The notes beneath the pieces were generated by a model. It saw only the letters and a list, made by a program, of their open reading frames with translations. It made no database searches and was not told the origin of the DNA. Position numbers and translations under genes: made by a program. Positions 18,625-26,024 of a stretch of DNA of 64,000 nucleotides are shown piece by piece (positions within the stretch are counted from its first letter, which is position 1; each line of letters starts with the position of its first letter). Source of the DNA: Chthonomonadales bacterium (lineage in GTDB: Bacteria; Armatimonadota; Chthonomonadetes; Chthonomonadales; CAJBBX01); the NCBI GenBank assembly GCA_049967475.1, contig JBMFSQ010000010.1, positions 44,788 through 108,787 of the forward strand, in the 5' to 3' direction.

Positions 18625-19459
18625 GTTTGGGCTTTTTGCGTCAGCGGGGATTAGTGCGCTCGCATTTCCGTGCGCGCCATCATACGCCGCTCTGCAGGAG
18701 AGCAGCGAGGTTTATCGCATCAGGATCGTCAACACGGCATTGGGCCCCGTGCAAATCAGCACCGACAGGGGAAAATCGTGGCTGCTGATCGGCCGCGTAT
18801 CCATCCCGGCCACGGATACGGCCCCCGGTGGGGCCTCTGCCGGAGGCACTGTGCTCCGCACGAACCCCTATGGCACGGCCATCAATGTGGGGGGCGGGCG
18901 CATCCTCCGGATCCTCCCAAACGTCCACACCAAGAGAAGATCCCACGCCGATATCCACCTGAATGTGCCCCCAACCGCTGCCCTCGTCAAGGATTTCCTG
19001 CCGCCGCCGGGCTCCACGGTCCTCTGGTCGGGGCGCATAGGTGAAACTCCCAAGCCGATGCCGCCGGGATACATGCCTCGGGATGGGGATGTGCTCACGC
19101 TTATTGCGTACACAACCTCAATGCCACGCAGCCATATCGGTGCCTACGCCGCCGATGCTGCCAAGTACTACCGGGATCAGGCCCTGGCTCGGTTGAGGGC
19201 GGCCGGCAGACACCCCGTCGCTGGAACGCTCACCGTTACGGCGCGCCTAGCTGCAGGGGAACATCCATTTTCTGTAACCTTCCTGGTGGATGGAGAAACC
19301 CGAGGCATCATGAACAAGGCTCCTTTCACCATGAGTTGGGACACGCGCGCGTGGGAAGACGGCGAACACTTGTTGGAAGTAGATGGGCTGGACGAACACG
19401 GCCGCGTCACTACGCGGAGCAAGACACTCATCGTGGTACAAAACACGGCATCCGAATGA
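18605..19459 (+). CDS. Secreted hypothetical protein with C-terminal Ig-like domain
   Basis: An in-frame TTG at 18605 gives the signal-like N-terminus WISFGKFGLFASAGISALAFPCAPSYAA. The C-terminal pattern FTMSWDTRAWEDGEHLLEVDGLDEHG is typical of bacterial Ig-like domains. It overlaps the upstream gene by 20 nt. Confidence 0.6.
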   Translation: MWISFGKFGLFASAGISALAFPCAPSYAALQESSEVYRIRIVNTALGPVQISTDRGKSWLLIGRVSIPATDTAPGGASAGGTVLRTNPYGTAINVGGGRILRILPNVHTKRRSHADIHLNVPPTAALVKDFLPPPGSTVLWSGRIGETPKPMPPGYMPRDGDVLTLIAYTTSMPRSHIGAYAADAAKYYRDQALARLRAAGRHPVAGTLTVTARLAAGEHPFSVTFLVDGETRGIMNKAPFTMSWDTRAWEDGEHLLEVDGLDEHGRVTTRSKTLIVVQNTASE

Positions 19460-19501
19460 AGGGACGTCGTGTCGAGTTCGAATGCAAGGAGGCGTGGCTC
19501 C

Positions 19502-21526
19502 ATGGCACCGCATGAAGCTTCTATCGAGGAGTACCTTCGGCCGGGCGGTGCCCTGTCGCTTCATCTTTCGGGCTACGAATACCGACCTGAACAGGAACGA
19601 GTTTGCCGCGCCATCGAAGAGGCTCTCTGCGCAGGCAAGCATTGCCTCGTGGAAGCGGGAACCGGCGTAGGGAAGTCCCTGGCCTACCTGCTCCCCGCGG
19701 CACGGGCGATCGCCGACCGGAAGAGAGTCTGCATCTCCACCTACACCCTCAACCTTCAATCACAGCTCATCCAGAAGGATATTCCTCTGGTGCAGGAGCT
19801 GATGCCCGAAGCCGACATCAGGCCGGCAGTGCTCAAGGGGCGAGCCAATTACCTTTGCCTGCAGGATCTCGAGGGAGCAGAACAGAGCCTCTTCGGCTAT
19901 AACGATCCGCTGGTGGCTCGCCTCAAGCAATGGGCTCGCGACACGGCAACCGGTGACCGGGCCGATCTCGATTTCGCCTTCCCAGCCTGGGGCGAGGTTG
20001 CGGCGAACATAGACACGTGCCGGCACCAGGAGTGCCGCTTTTACGACGGATGTTTCTACTACGCCATGCGGGCGGCGGCATCAGAGGCGAACCTCTTCGT
20101 GGTGAACCACGCGCTCTTCCTCAGCGATCTTGTAATTCGCCGCACAGACCCTACAGCAAGCCTCATCCCCGATTATGACATCGCCATACTAGACGAAGCC
20201 CATCGCCTGGAGGATGCCGCAACCGGCGCCCTCGGCATCGAGGTGAGCAACAGCCGCGTGCGCCGCTTCCTGGAGCGGGTGGCTCGCATCCCGGGCGCCG
20301 GACCGGATACGACGCGGGTGGAGGCGGTGGAGAAGACCTGTGCCAAGCTCTTTGAAGCCTTCCCCTCCAACCCCGGCGAATTCGCCTTCGAAGACGTGCT
20401 CGATGCGGCGTCAGAGCAGCGTGTCCACGAGCTGGCGTCCGAGGTGTTGGTAGGGCTTCAAGCAATTGTTCAGGAGCTCATCGGGCTTGCGAAAGACGCA
20501 GACACGGACACGCGGAGGGAACTTCTGGATGGGCTTGCCCGCCGGGGCAGCCGCCTCAAGGAGGAGCTCGAGCAGCTTATCTTCGGCAAGGATCCCAATT
20601 ACATCCAGTGGGCTGAATGCACCATGCCTCTCGGAACCCCCGAGGGCGCACCGCGCCGCTCTAACCTTAGGAGCAATTTGACACTCCACTACTCTCCTGT
20701 TGTGGTTGCAGACGCCCTAAAGGACCTTTTGTGGAGCAGCGCAAAGTCCTGTGTCCTCACCTCCGCCACGCTTGCCGACACTACCGGGTTCACCTACGTG
20801 CGTTCCCGCCTTGGGTTGGAAGGCCCCGCCGTGGAACATGTGGAGGGGTCTCCGTTCGACTATGCCCGCAATACGGTGTTGTACGTTCCCAGGCACATGC
20901 CGTCGCCGAAGGAAGTCGCCGACACGGAATTTGCTCGACTGGCAGCGGAGGAAATCTCGCGCCTGGTGCGGCTCACCCGCGGGCGGGCATTCCTTCTATT
21001 CACATCGCGTCGGATGATGAACGCGGTTCACACCCTCCTTAAAGACAGCCTGGACCTTCCGGTTTTCCTGCAAGGGGATTTGCCGCCTGCGATGCTGCTG
21101 GATGCCTTCAAGGCCAGCGGGTGTGGTGTGCTGTTTGGAACCCAAACCTTTTGGGAGGGAGTGGACGTTCAGGGCGAGGCCCTTTCCTGCGTAGTGATTG
21201 ACCGCTTACCCTTTGCCGTACCGGACGCGCCCATCGTTCGGGCCCGCACAAACGCTATAAAAGACGCCGGCGGGAATTGGTTCTATGAGTATTCGGTTCC
21301 TATGGCCCAGATACGCTTGAAGCAAGGCTTTGGCCGCCTTATCCGAACCCGCCGGGATTACGGCATCGTGTGCATCCTGGACACCCGCATCTTGGCAGCT
21401 CGGTACGGCCGCGAGTTTCTGGCGCACCTCCCGCCGGCCAAACTCGTTGTGCACTGGCCCCACGTAGAAGAACAATGGAAGCGCTGGACCGCCGACACGT
21501 CCCGTGAGGCCACCCGCGAAGGATAG
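19502..21526 (+). CDS. dinG: ATP-dependent DNA helicase, DinG/XPD (Rad3) family with Fe-S domain
   Basis: Motifs seen: Walker A AGTGVGKS, DEAH box ILDEAHRLED, and four Cys (NYLC, DTCRHQEC, YDGC) in the Fe-S insert. The C-terminal helicase motifs are QGFGRLIR. The ATG at 19502 is preceded by AAGGAGG 9 nt upstream; the track ORF starts at the GTG at 19469. Confidence 0.85.
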   Translation: MAPHEASIEEYLRPGGALSLHLSGYEYRPEQERVCRAIEEALCAGKHCLVEAGTGVGKSLAYLLPAARAIADRKRVCISTYTLNLQSQLIQKDIPLVQELMPEADIRPAVLKGRANYLCLQDLEGAEQSLFGYNDPLVARLKQWARDTATGDRADLDFAFPAWGEVAANIDTCRHQECRFYDGCFYYAMRAAASEANLFVVNHALFLSDLVIRRTDPTASLIPDYDIAILDEAHRLEDAATGALGIEVSNSRVRRFLERVARIPGAGPDTTRVEAVEKTCAKLFEAFPSNPGEFAFEDVLDAASEQRVHELASEVLVGLQAIVQELIGLAKDADTDTRRELLDGLARRGSRLKEELEQLIFGKDPNYIQWAECTMPLGTPEGAPRRSNLRSNLTLHYSPVVVADALKDLLWSSAKSCVLTSATLADTTGFTYVRSRLGLEGPAVEHVEGSPFDYARNTVLYVPRHMPSPKEVADTEFARLAAEEISRLVRLTRGRAFLLFTSRRMMNAVHTLLKDSLDLPVFLQGDLPPAMLLDAFKASGCGVLFGTQTFWEGVDVQGEALSCVVIDRLPFAVPDAPIVRARTNAIKDAGGNWFYEYSVPMAQIRLKQGFGRLIRTRRDYGIVCILDTRILAARYGREFLAHLPPAKLVVHWPHVEEQWKRWTADTSREATREG

Positions 21527-21562
21527 GCCGGGTCGGGCCAAGCGCTGATGCCGCGGCGTGCC

Positions 21563-21597
21563 TGCGGGGTGGCGCCAACGTCGGTCACCACCCCGCA
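21563..21597. terminator. 10-bp-stem hairpin between convergent dinG and the HTH-TPR gene (possible bidirectional terminator, no U tract)
   Basis: TGCGGGGTGG (21563-21572) pairs with CCACCCCGCA (21588-21597) around a 15-nt loop. It lies in the 99-bp convergent intergenic gap. Confidence 0.4.
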
Positions 21598-21625
21598 AGC
21601 ACTCTAATCATCTGGAGGCCAAACC

Positions 21626-23563
21626 TCAGGCTTCTTTGACCGCACTCAGGGCCGCCTCGAGTTCGTGCGCCTGCTGTCGCTCCTCAGCGGTGCGCGCCGC
21701 CTTCAACAGATCCTCCAACAAGCGTGCGGCCTCCGGCTTCTCGCCGAACGACACACGCCGAACGTAGGTAACTGCCTCTTCCCGATCCATTCCTGCAAGC
21801 ATCCCGGCCAGAGTTTGGGCGGCTTCCCGCAGCGTGTCGAAGTCCATCCTGCCGCCCCGCTTCCCATTCAACGTTGCAGTGAGGTATTGCGCCTGCCAGG
21901 CCAGCCCAGGCGCATCCAGAACACTGCCGGTGAACACCTCGGCGAGGTTGAGTTCCGGCAACTGGAGGATGGCAGGGATGGCCGGCTCTTCATCCCCCAT
22001 GAGGTCCGCGAGATCTGATGCGCCGTTCCGTAGAAGCTCCATCGCTTCGGCTGCTGCCGCGGCGGCTTTCTCCATATCCCCTACCGCCATAGCGCAACGG
22101 GCCACCATCAAGGCTGCCTCCAGCCGATACAGGGGTGCATGATGGCGCTCAGACGCTTCCCGCGCACGTTCGGCTTGCTGGAGTGCATCGCGAAGCGTGG
22201 AAGACGCGCCCTCCCCACCGGCCATGGCCAGCAAGGTTCGAGCCAGGATCAAGCGCGCGCGCACCACGTCAAGGGTGCGGCCGAGAGAGTTTTCGGCCCC
22301 TGCGATCGCATCGGATGCATTGGAGGCTGCGTCGTCGTATTGGCCTGCCACATAGTACGCGCTCGCCATGGCGTTGGACGCCACCGTCTCCACACGGGGC
22401 AATTGGGCCTTCAGGGCAAGGCGGTAGGCCGAACGCGCCAGGTCCTTGGCTCTGCCGGCGGGACCTACCCACGCCAAGACCTCGGCGAGAAGGGACTGGG
22501 CGAGGCTCGATCGGGCTATTTCCGTTTCTAGGAAGCTGCCGAGTGTCACCGCAAGATCCAGGTGTTTGCGTGCCTCCTGCGGACGACCCATCCACAACAG
22601 CACTTGAACGGCCGGAAGAAGCGCGTCCAGGAAGTGGCCCAAGTCCTTTGCTTCCCCAGCCTCCCGCATGCGGCGCGTCCACAGAGATAGAGCCGGCTGC
22701 AAATGGCCTGTGGCTAATGCCAAGGCGGCAGTAACATCGGTAAGGGCGGCAATACCTTCCGGCGTGCCGTATTCGCCTTCTGCCTTTTCGAGCGTACGTC
22801 CGGCTTCCAAGATTGCCCGAAGTGCCAGATCCTTTCGGTGGGCTGCCAGATGCGCACGCGCCATGGCCAAATGCCCGCGCCACCGCACTTCCGCAGGGCC
22901 GGCCTCTCCTACAACCCGCGCTTGTTCGATAGCGCCGTCGTAGTCTTCCTCTTCCAGCGCACACGCAGCCAGGTCAAGTGCAGTGCTCGCCACGTGCCGC
23001 TCCATATCGAGGATGGCGAACAACTCCTTCGCCAGAGTGAGGTGGATGCGGCCATTGGAGAGGTTGCCGGTTTCGCATTCGACACGCCCGAGGCGCGCCA
23101 ATACAACGGCTTCCGCTTTGCGATCACTCAATACCTTGGCCACGCCCAACATCTCGTGGAGAACGCTGGCAAGGGCATTGGGATTTCGCCGCGGCTCGTC
23201 GTAGGCGTTCGCCAGCAACTCAAGCTGACGCAACTGTCCCGAGGCGCGATCCGCACCCCCGACCACCTCCAGCGGGAGTTCGGCGTTTGCTGCTGCTGCA
23301 AAGGCCGACCGCGCATCACGGTCGGGGTCGAAGAACTCCAGGGTCACATTGGTTCGTTCACAGATCCCATCCAGCACGTCGGGAGGAACACTCGTAACCC
23401 CGCGCACATACTGGTACATCTTGACGGGCCTAAGCCCGAGCGCGATGGCAAGATCCTTCAGGCTGATCCCGGCGCTCGCCGCCGCCACCTTGATGCGCTC
23501 ACCTACCCGCGAGCGCGTTTCGGGATCCCGGATGCGTGCAATAAGTACGTTTCTTTTCTGCAT
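21626..23563 (-). CDS. XRE-family helix-turn-helix regulator fused to a long TPR-like all-alpha domain
   Basis: 645-aa ORF. The N-terminal HTH is IKVAAASAGISLKDLAIALGLRPVKMYQYVRGVTSVPPDVLDGICERTNVTLEFF. About 560 aa of Ala/Leu/Arg-rich repeats with TPR-like periodicity follow. SD GGAGGAG lies 10 nt upstream of the ATG. Confidence 0.8.
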   Translation of the reverse strand: MQKRNVLIARIRDPETRSRVGERIKVAAASAGISLKDLAIALGLRPVKMYQYVRGVTSVPPDVLDGICERTNVTLEFFDPDRDARSAFAAAANAELPLEVVGGADRASGQLRQLELLANAYDEPRRNPNALASVLHEMLGVAKVLSDRKAEAVVLARLGRVECETGNLSNGRIHLTLAKELFAILDMERHVASTALDLAACALEEEDYDGAIEQARVVGEAGPAEVRWRGHLAMARAHLAAHRKDLALRAILEAGRTLEKAEGEYGTPEGIAALTDVTAALALATGHLQPALSLWTRRMREAGEAKDLGHFLDALLPAVQVLLWMGRPQEARKHLDLAVTLGSFLETEIARSSLAQSLLAEVLAWVGPAGRAKDLARSAYRLALKAQLPRVETVASNAMASAYYVAGQYDDAASNASDAIAGAENSLGRTLDVVRARLILARTLLAMAGGEGASSTLRDALQQAERAREASERHHAPLYRLEAALMVARCAMAVGDMEKAAAAAAEAMELLRNGASDLADLMGDEEPAIPAILQLPELNLAEVFTGSVLDAPGLAWQAQYLTATLNGKRGGRMDFDTLREAAQTLAGMLAGMDREEAVTYVRRVSFGEKPEAARLLEDLLKAARTAEERQQAHELEAALSAVKEA

Positions 23564-23597
23564 GCTTAAGTCTCTCCTCCTGGCCGCCAGTTACTAT

Positions 23598-23615
23598 GGG
23601 GTAGTTGCTACTACC
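23598..23615. promoter_or_regulatory. Perfect 7-4-7 palindrome GGGTAGT-TGCT-ACTACCC upstream of the HTH-TPR gene (candidate operator)
   Basis: Read directly from the sequence, 35-52 nt upstream of the ATG at 23563, and flanked by two ACTAT copies (plus strand). No other function is apparent. Confidence 0.35.
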
Positions 23616-23859
23616 CTCCACTATTCGTAACATACGCTGTTTCGCCATGGCCGTATTACCCAGTGGCCCAAACGCCTGGGCATCTACATGCGCCCTGCGC
23701 ATTAGAGGGGCGAACGTTCGCCTGTTGCAGGCATACTGGTCCCTTCCAGTACGGCCTTCGCGGCTCTCGACAAACATCGTCTCTTCGGTCAAAAAGGTTG
23801 CGAAACCAGCCCTCCTTTCACCCTCGGGTACGGCAACGATGGTACCGATGTTGCCCCTG

Positions 23860-24897
23860 TCATTTGATTATTTCGCGTGCAAACGATGCAACTCCTGCTT
23901 GTTCATAGATCTTGTTCAGGGCTTCCACGGCCATAAGCGCTTCCTGCCCAGGTACCATCGGGGTTTGACCCGTGCGTATGGCCTTCACGAAATCCTCAAA
24001 CAAGACGCGGTGCCCTTCCAAACCTATCGCCATCGGGTCGGAGGCGCCGCCCAGGGCGACTTCTTGCGGGCCGATCTCGCTCAGCCGATCTTGGCCGCCG
24101 TACCCGAAGACGGTAACCCTGGCATCTTCAAAGGCAGCGGAGCCCTCGGTGCCGAAGACCTCGACACGAGTGCCCAAATCGGGCGAGCAGCACGTACTGG
24201 CCTCGATCACGCCTCGCGCCCCACTTTCGAAGCGCATCACTGCGACGGCATGGTCCTCTGCTTCCATCTGGTGGCAAAGCGTGTCCACCCGGGCATACTC
24301 CACATCCACCACTCGTCCGGCCAGCCAGCACAGGTGATCCAGGGCGTGGATCGCCTGGTTTGCAAGCACACCGCCATCGAGGGCGCGTGTCCCACGCCAG
24401 CCATCTGCGCCATAGTAGCTTTGGGGGCGCCACCACTTCACATAGGCGCTGCACGAAAGCAGCCTTCCCAATGCGCCGCGCCGAACTGCATCGGCCACGG
24501 CTCGTGCGCCGGCTAAGGTCCGCCTCTGGAAGATGCAAGCGAGAGTAAGGCCGCGCGATTGGCATTCCCGCACGAGTTCTGCGGCCCGTTGAAAGGAGAG
24601 ATCCAGAGGCTTCTCCACGATCAAATGGAGGCCGTACCTGGCGGCGACCATTCCTTGAGATGCATGGAGGCCCGACGGCGTGCAGATATCCACGGCGTCC
24701 ACCAGGCCCGATGCCGCCATCGCCTCAACGTCGTCAAAGGGTGCGGCGCCGAGCTCTTTGGCGGCGGCAGTGGCGCGAGCCGCATCGGCGTCGCATACGG
24801 CGGTGACGCTCGCCCCCGGCACAAGAGGCCACAATTCGAGATGCTTGCGGCCCATTGCGCCGCATCCGATCACACCGATCCTCACGCCGTCCTTCAT
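23860..24897 (-). CDS. Gfo/Idh/MocA family oxidoreductase
   Basis: Start re-set to the ATG at 24897 (MKDGVRIGVIGCGAMGRKH Rossmann motif), with SD GGAGGTG upstream. The EKPL motif (HLIVEKPLD) and a family-typical C-terminal domain are present. Confidence 0.85.
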   Translation of the reverse strand: MKDGVRIGVIGCGAMGRKHLELWPLVPGASVTAVCDADAARATAAAKELGAAPFDDVEAMAASGLVDAVDICTPSGLHASQGMVAARYGLHLIVEKPLDLSFQRAAELVRECQSRGLTLACIFQRRTLAGARAVADAVRRGALGRLLSCSAYVKWWRPQSYYGADGWRGTRALDGGVLANQAIHALDHLCWLAGRVVDVEYARVDTLCHQMEAEDHAVAVMRFESGARGVIEASTCCSPDLGTRVEVFGTEGSAAFEDARVTVFGYGGQDRLSEIGPQEVALGGASDPMAIGLEGHRVLFEDFVKAIRTGQTPMVPGQEALMAVEALNKIYEQAGVASFAREIIK

Positions 24898-24990
24898 GGG
24901 CACCTCCGGCGCCGGAATTCGCCGACAGACCGCGCTATTCCTGCCGTTCAGCGAGGAAGCCGCCGCTGGTTTTACAATCAAATGGGCATC

Positions 24991-25031
24991 AAAAACAGGC
25001 GCAGGACCTCCGGAATGGGAGCATCCTGCGC
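24991..25031 (-). terminator. Rho-independent terminator of the repeat-protein gene
   Basis: On the minus strand, GCGCAGGA and TCCTGCGC form an 8-bp stem (with inner CTCC/GGAG pairing) followed by CTGTTTTTG. It lies 66 nt downstream of the stop at 25097. Confidence 0.65.
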
Positions 25032-25096
25032 AACGACGAAGCTGTATCGGTCGGCGGACCGTAACGCCCGGCGCCATGGCGACGCAGGGAAACGCT

Positions 25097-25810
25097 CTAG
25101 CCCTTCATTATAGGCACCGTGGCGGTATCGGCTTCAGAACGCACGGCAGACGGCCTCCTTCTGCGGTATGGCCTGCGGAGGCAAATCTGTTGGTAGTCGA
25201 GACCTGCAGCCGTCAGAGCGCGATCCCACGAACCGAACCTCCTGCGCGCCGCAGTAATCAGAGAGATGTTCTGTTCCTCCATGCTCTTGGCGTTGAGATC
25301 CACGCCCTGGGCATACAGATCTCTCAGCCGCCGTACGATGGTCTCTTCATTCCATCTTTTGTAACGGCGAACCGTTTCATAATCAATCCCTGCCGCTTCG
25401 ATGGCAGCCCGCCACGATCCGAAGTGCTTCTTTTTTGTGGCAGCCGCCGCAAGTTGCGGATCCAGAACCGTGCTCACGTAGCGCCAGGAGAGGTCTTCCC
25501 CACGGGCATGGAGCTCCCTGATGCGCTCCACAATCGCCTGGGGGCTCCAGGCGTTGTACCGCCGTATCTTTATATAGTCGAGGCCGGCAAATTCTACAGC
25601 CGCCCACCAAGAACCGAAGTAGCGTGTGGCCGCCCGTAGCAGCGCCACGCGCTGATGGGCCACCCGCGCATAGTTCAGCGGTTCCCCGGCCGCAGCCATC
25701 TTCCTAATCTCAGCCGCGATCGTGTCCTTGCTCCACTTCTGCACGCGCAGTGCTCCCTCCTTGTGAATTGCCATCGGAACAAAGGCCGCTTGAGCTCGTC
25801 GGCGTACCAT
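25097..25810 (-). CDS. Protein composed of three tandem ~62-aa repeats (homing-endonuclease-associated-repeat-like), no nuclease domain
   Basis: Three repeats begin WSKDTIAAEIRKM, WSPQAIVERIREL and WNEETIVRRLRDL. Each ends in FGSW..A...AG(L/I)DY (FGSWWAAVEFAGLDY, FGSWRAAIEAAGIDY, FGSWDRALTAAGLDY). The start is uncertain (ATG 25810 or 25774); the track ORF extends to 25912. Confidence 0.7.
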   Translation of the reverse strand: MVRRRAQAAFVPMAIHKEGALRVQKWSKDTIAAEIRKMAAAGEPLNYARVAHQRVALLRAATRYFGSWWAAVEFAGLDYIKIRRYNAWSPQAIVERIRELHARGEDLSWRYVSTVLDPQLAAAATKKKHFGSWRAAIEAAGIDYETVRRYKRWNEETIVRRLRDLYAQGVDLNAKSMEEQNISLITAARRRFGSWDRALTAAGLDYQQICLRRPYRRRRPSAVRSEADTATVPIMKG

Positions 25811-25898
25811 TCGGCACCGGATGCACAGCCTTCCCGGGCGCGGATCCATTCCCCAACCGAGAACGGCATGCAATGCGTCGGCTCTGTCCCACGCTAAT

Positions 25899-25928
25899 AT
25901 CATGGGCCACATGTTCCGGCCCTGTCAA
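25899..25928 (-). promoter_or_regulatory. Candidate promoter TTGACA-N18-CATGAT for the repeat-protein gene
   Basis: Minus-strand TTGACA at 25923-25928 and CATGAT at 25899-25904. Confidence 0.4.
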
Positions 25929-25945
25929 CCCTTGGACTGCCGATC

Positions 25946-25974
25946 TTGACAAGAGCACGGTACTTCGGTAGGAT
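25946..25974 (+). promoter_or_regulatory. Candidate promoter TTGACA-N17-TAGGAT(AAT) for the ferritin-like gene
   Basis: TTGACA at 25946-25951 and TAGGAT at 25969-25974, extended as TAGGATAAT. AAGGAG at 26011-26016 precedes the ATG at 26025. Confidence 0.5.
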
Positions 25975-26024
25975 AATATCATTGTTGCTTGTTTAAGCGA
26001 GCCTACACTACAAGGAGACGCTCA

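Noticed and set aside
19476-19483. The tRNA T-loop-like motif GTTCGAAT.
   Set aside because: The flanking bases cannot form a T-stem (TCGAG vs GCAAG), and no acceptor or anticodon arms could be drawn. The motif lies between the track ORF's GTG (19469) and the chosen dinG start (19502), which leaves no room for a ~75-nt tRNA.
21206-21625. A small secreted peptide gene downstream of the HTH-TPR regulator, as expected for RRNPP-type systems.
   Set aside because: Only 99 bp separate it from dinG, and a hairpin occupies them. The only minus-strand ORF there (21206..21598) is antisense to dinG and compositionally spurious.
19502-23563. DinG helicase plus the adjacent HTH-TPR protein as a possible anti-phage defence pair.
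   Set aside because: The genes are convergent rather than co-oriented. DinG has the ordinary housekeeping Fe-S/DEAH organisation with no fused nuclease. The TPR protein has no NTPase or effector domain. No other defence hallmarks are nearby.
23790-23806. A terminator for the Gfo/Idh/MocA gene (GGTT-GCGA-AACC preceded by A5 on the plus strand, that is, followed by T5 on the minus strand).
   Set aside because: The stem is only 4 bp and competing pairings exist. The evidence is too weak to annotate, although the T5 run is real.
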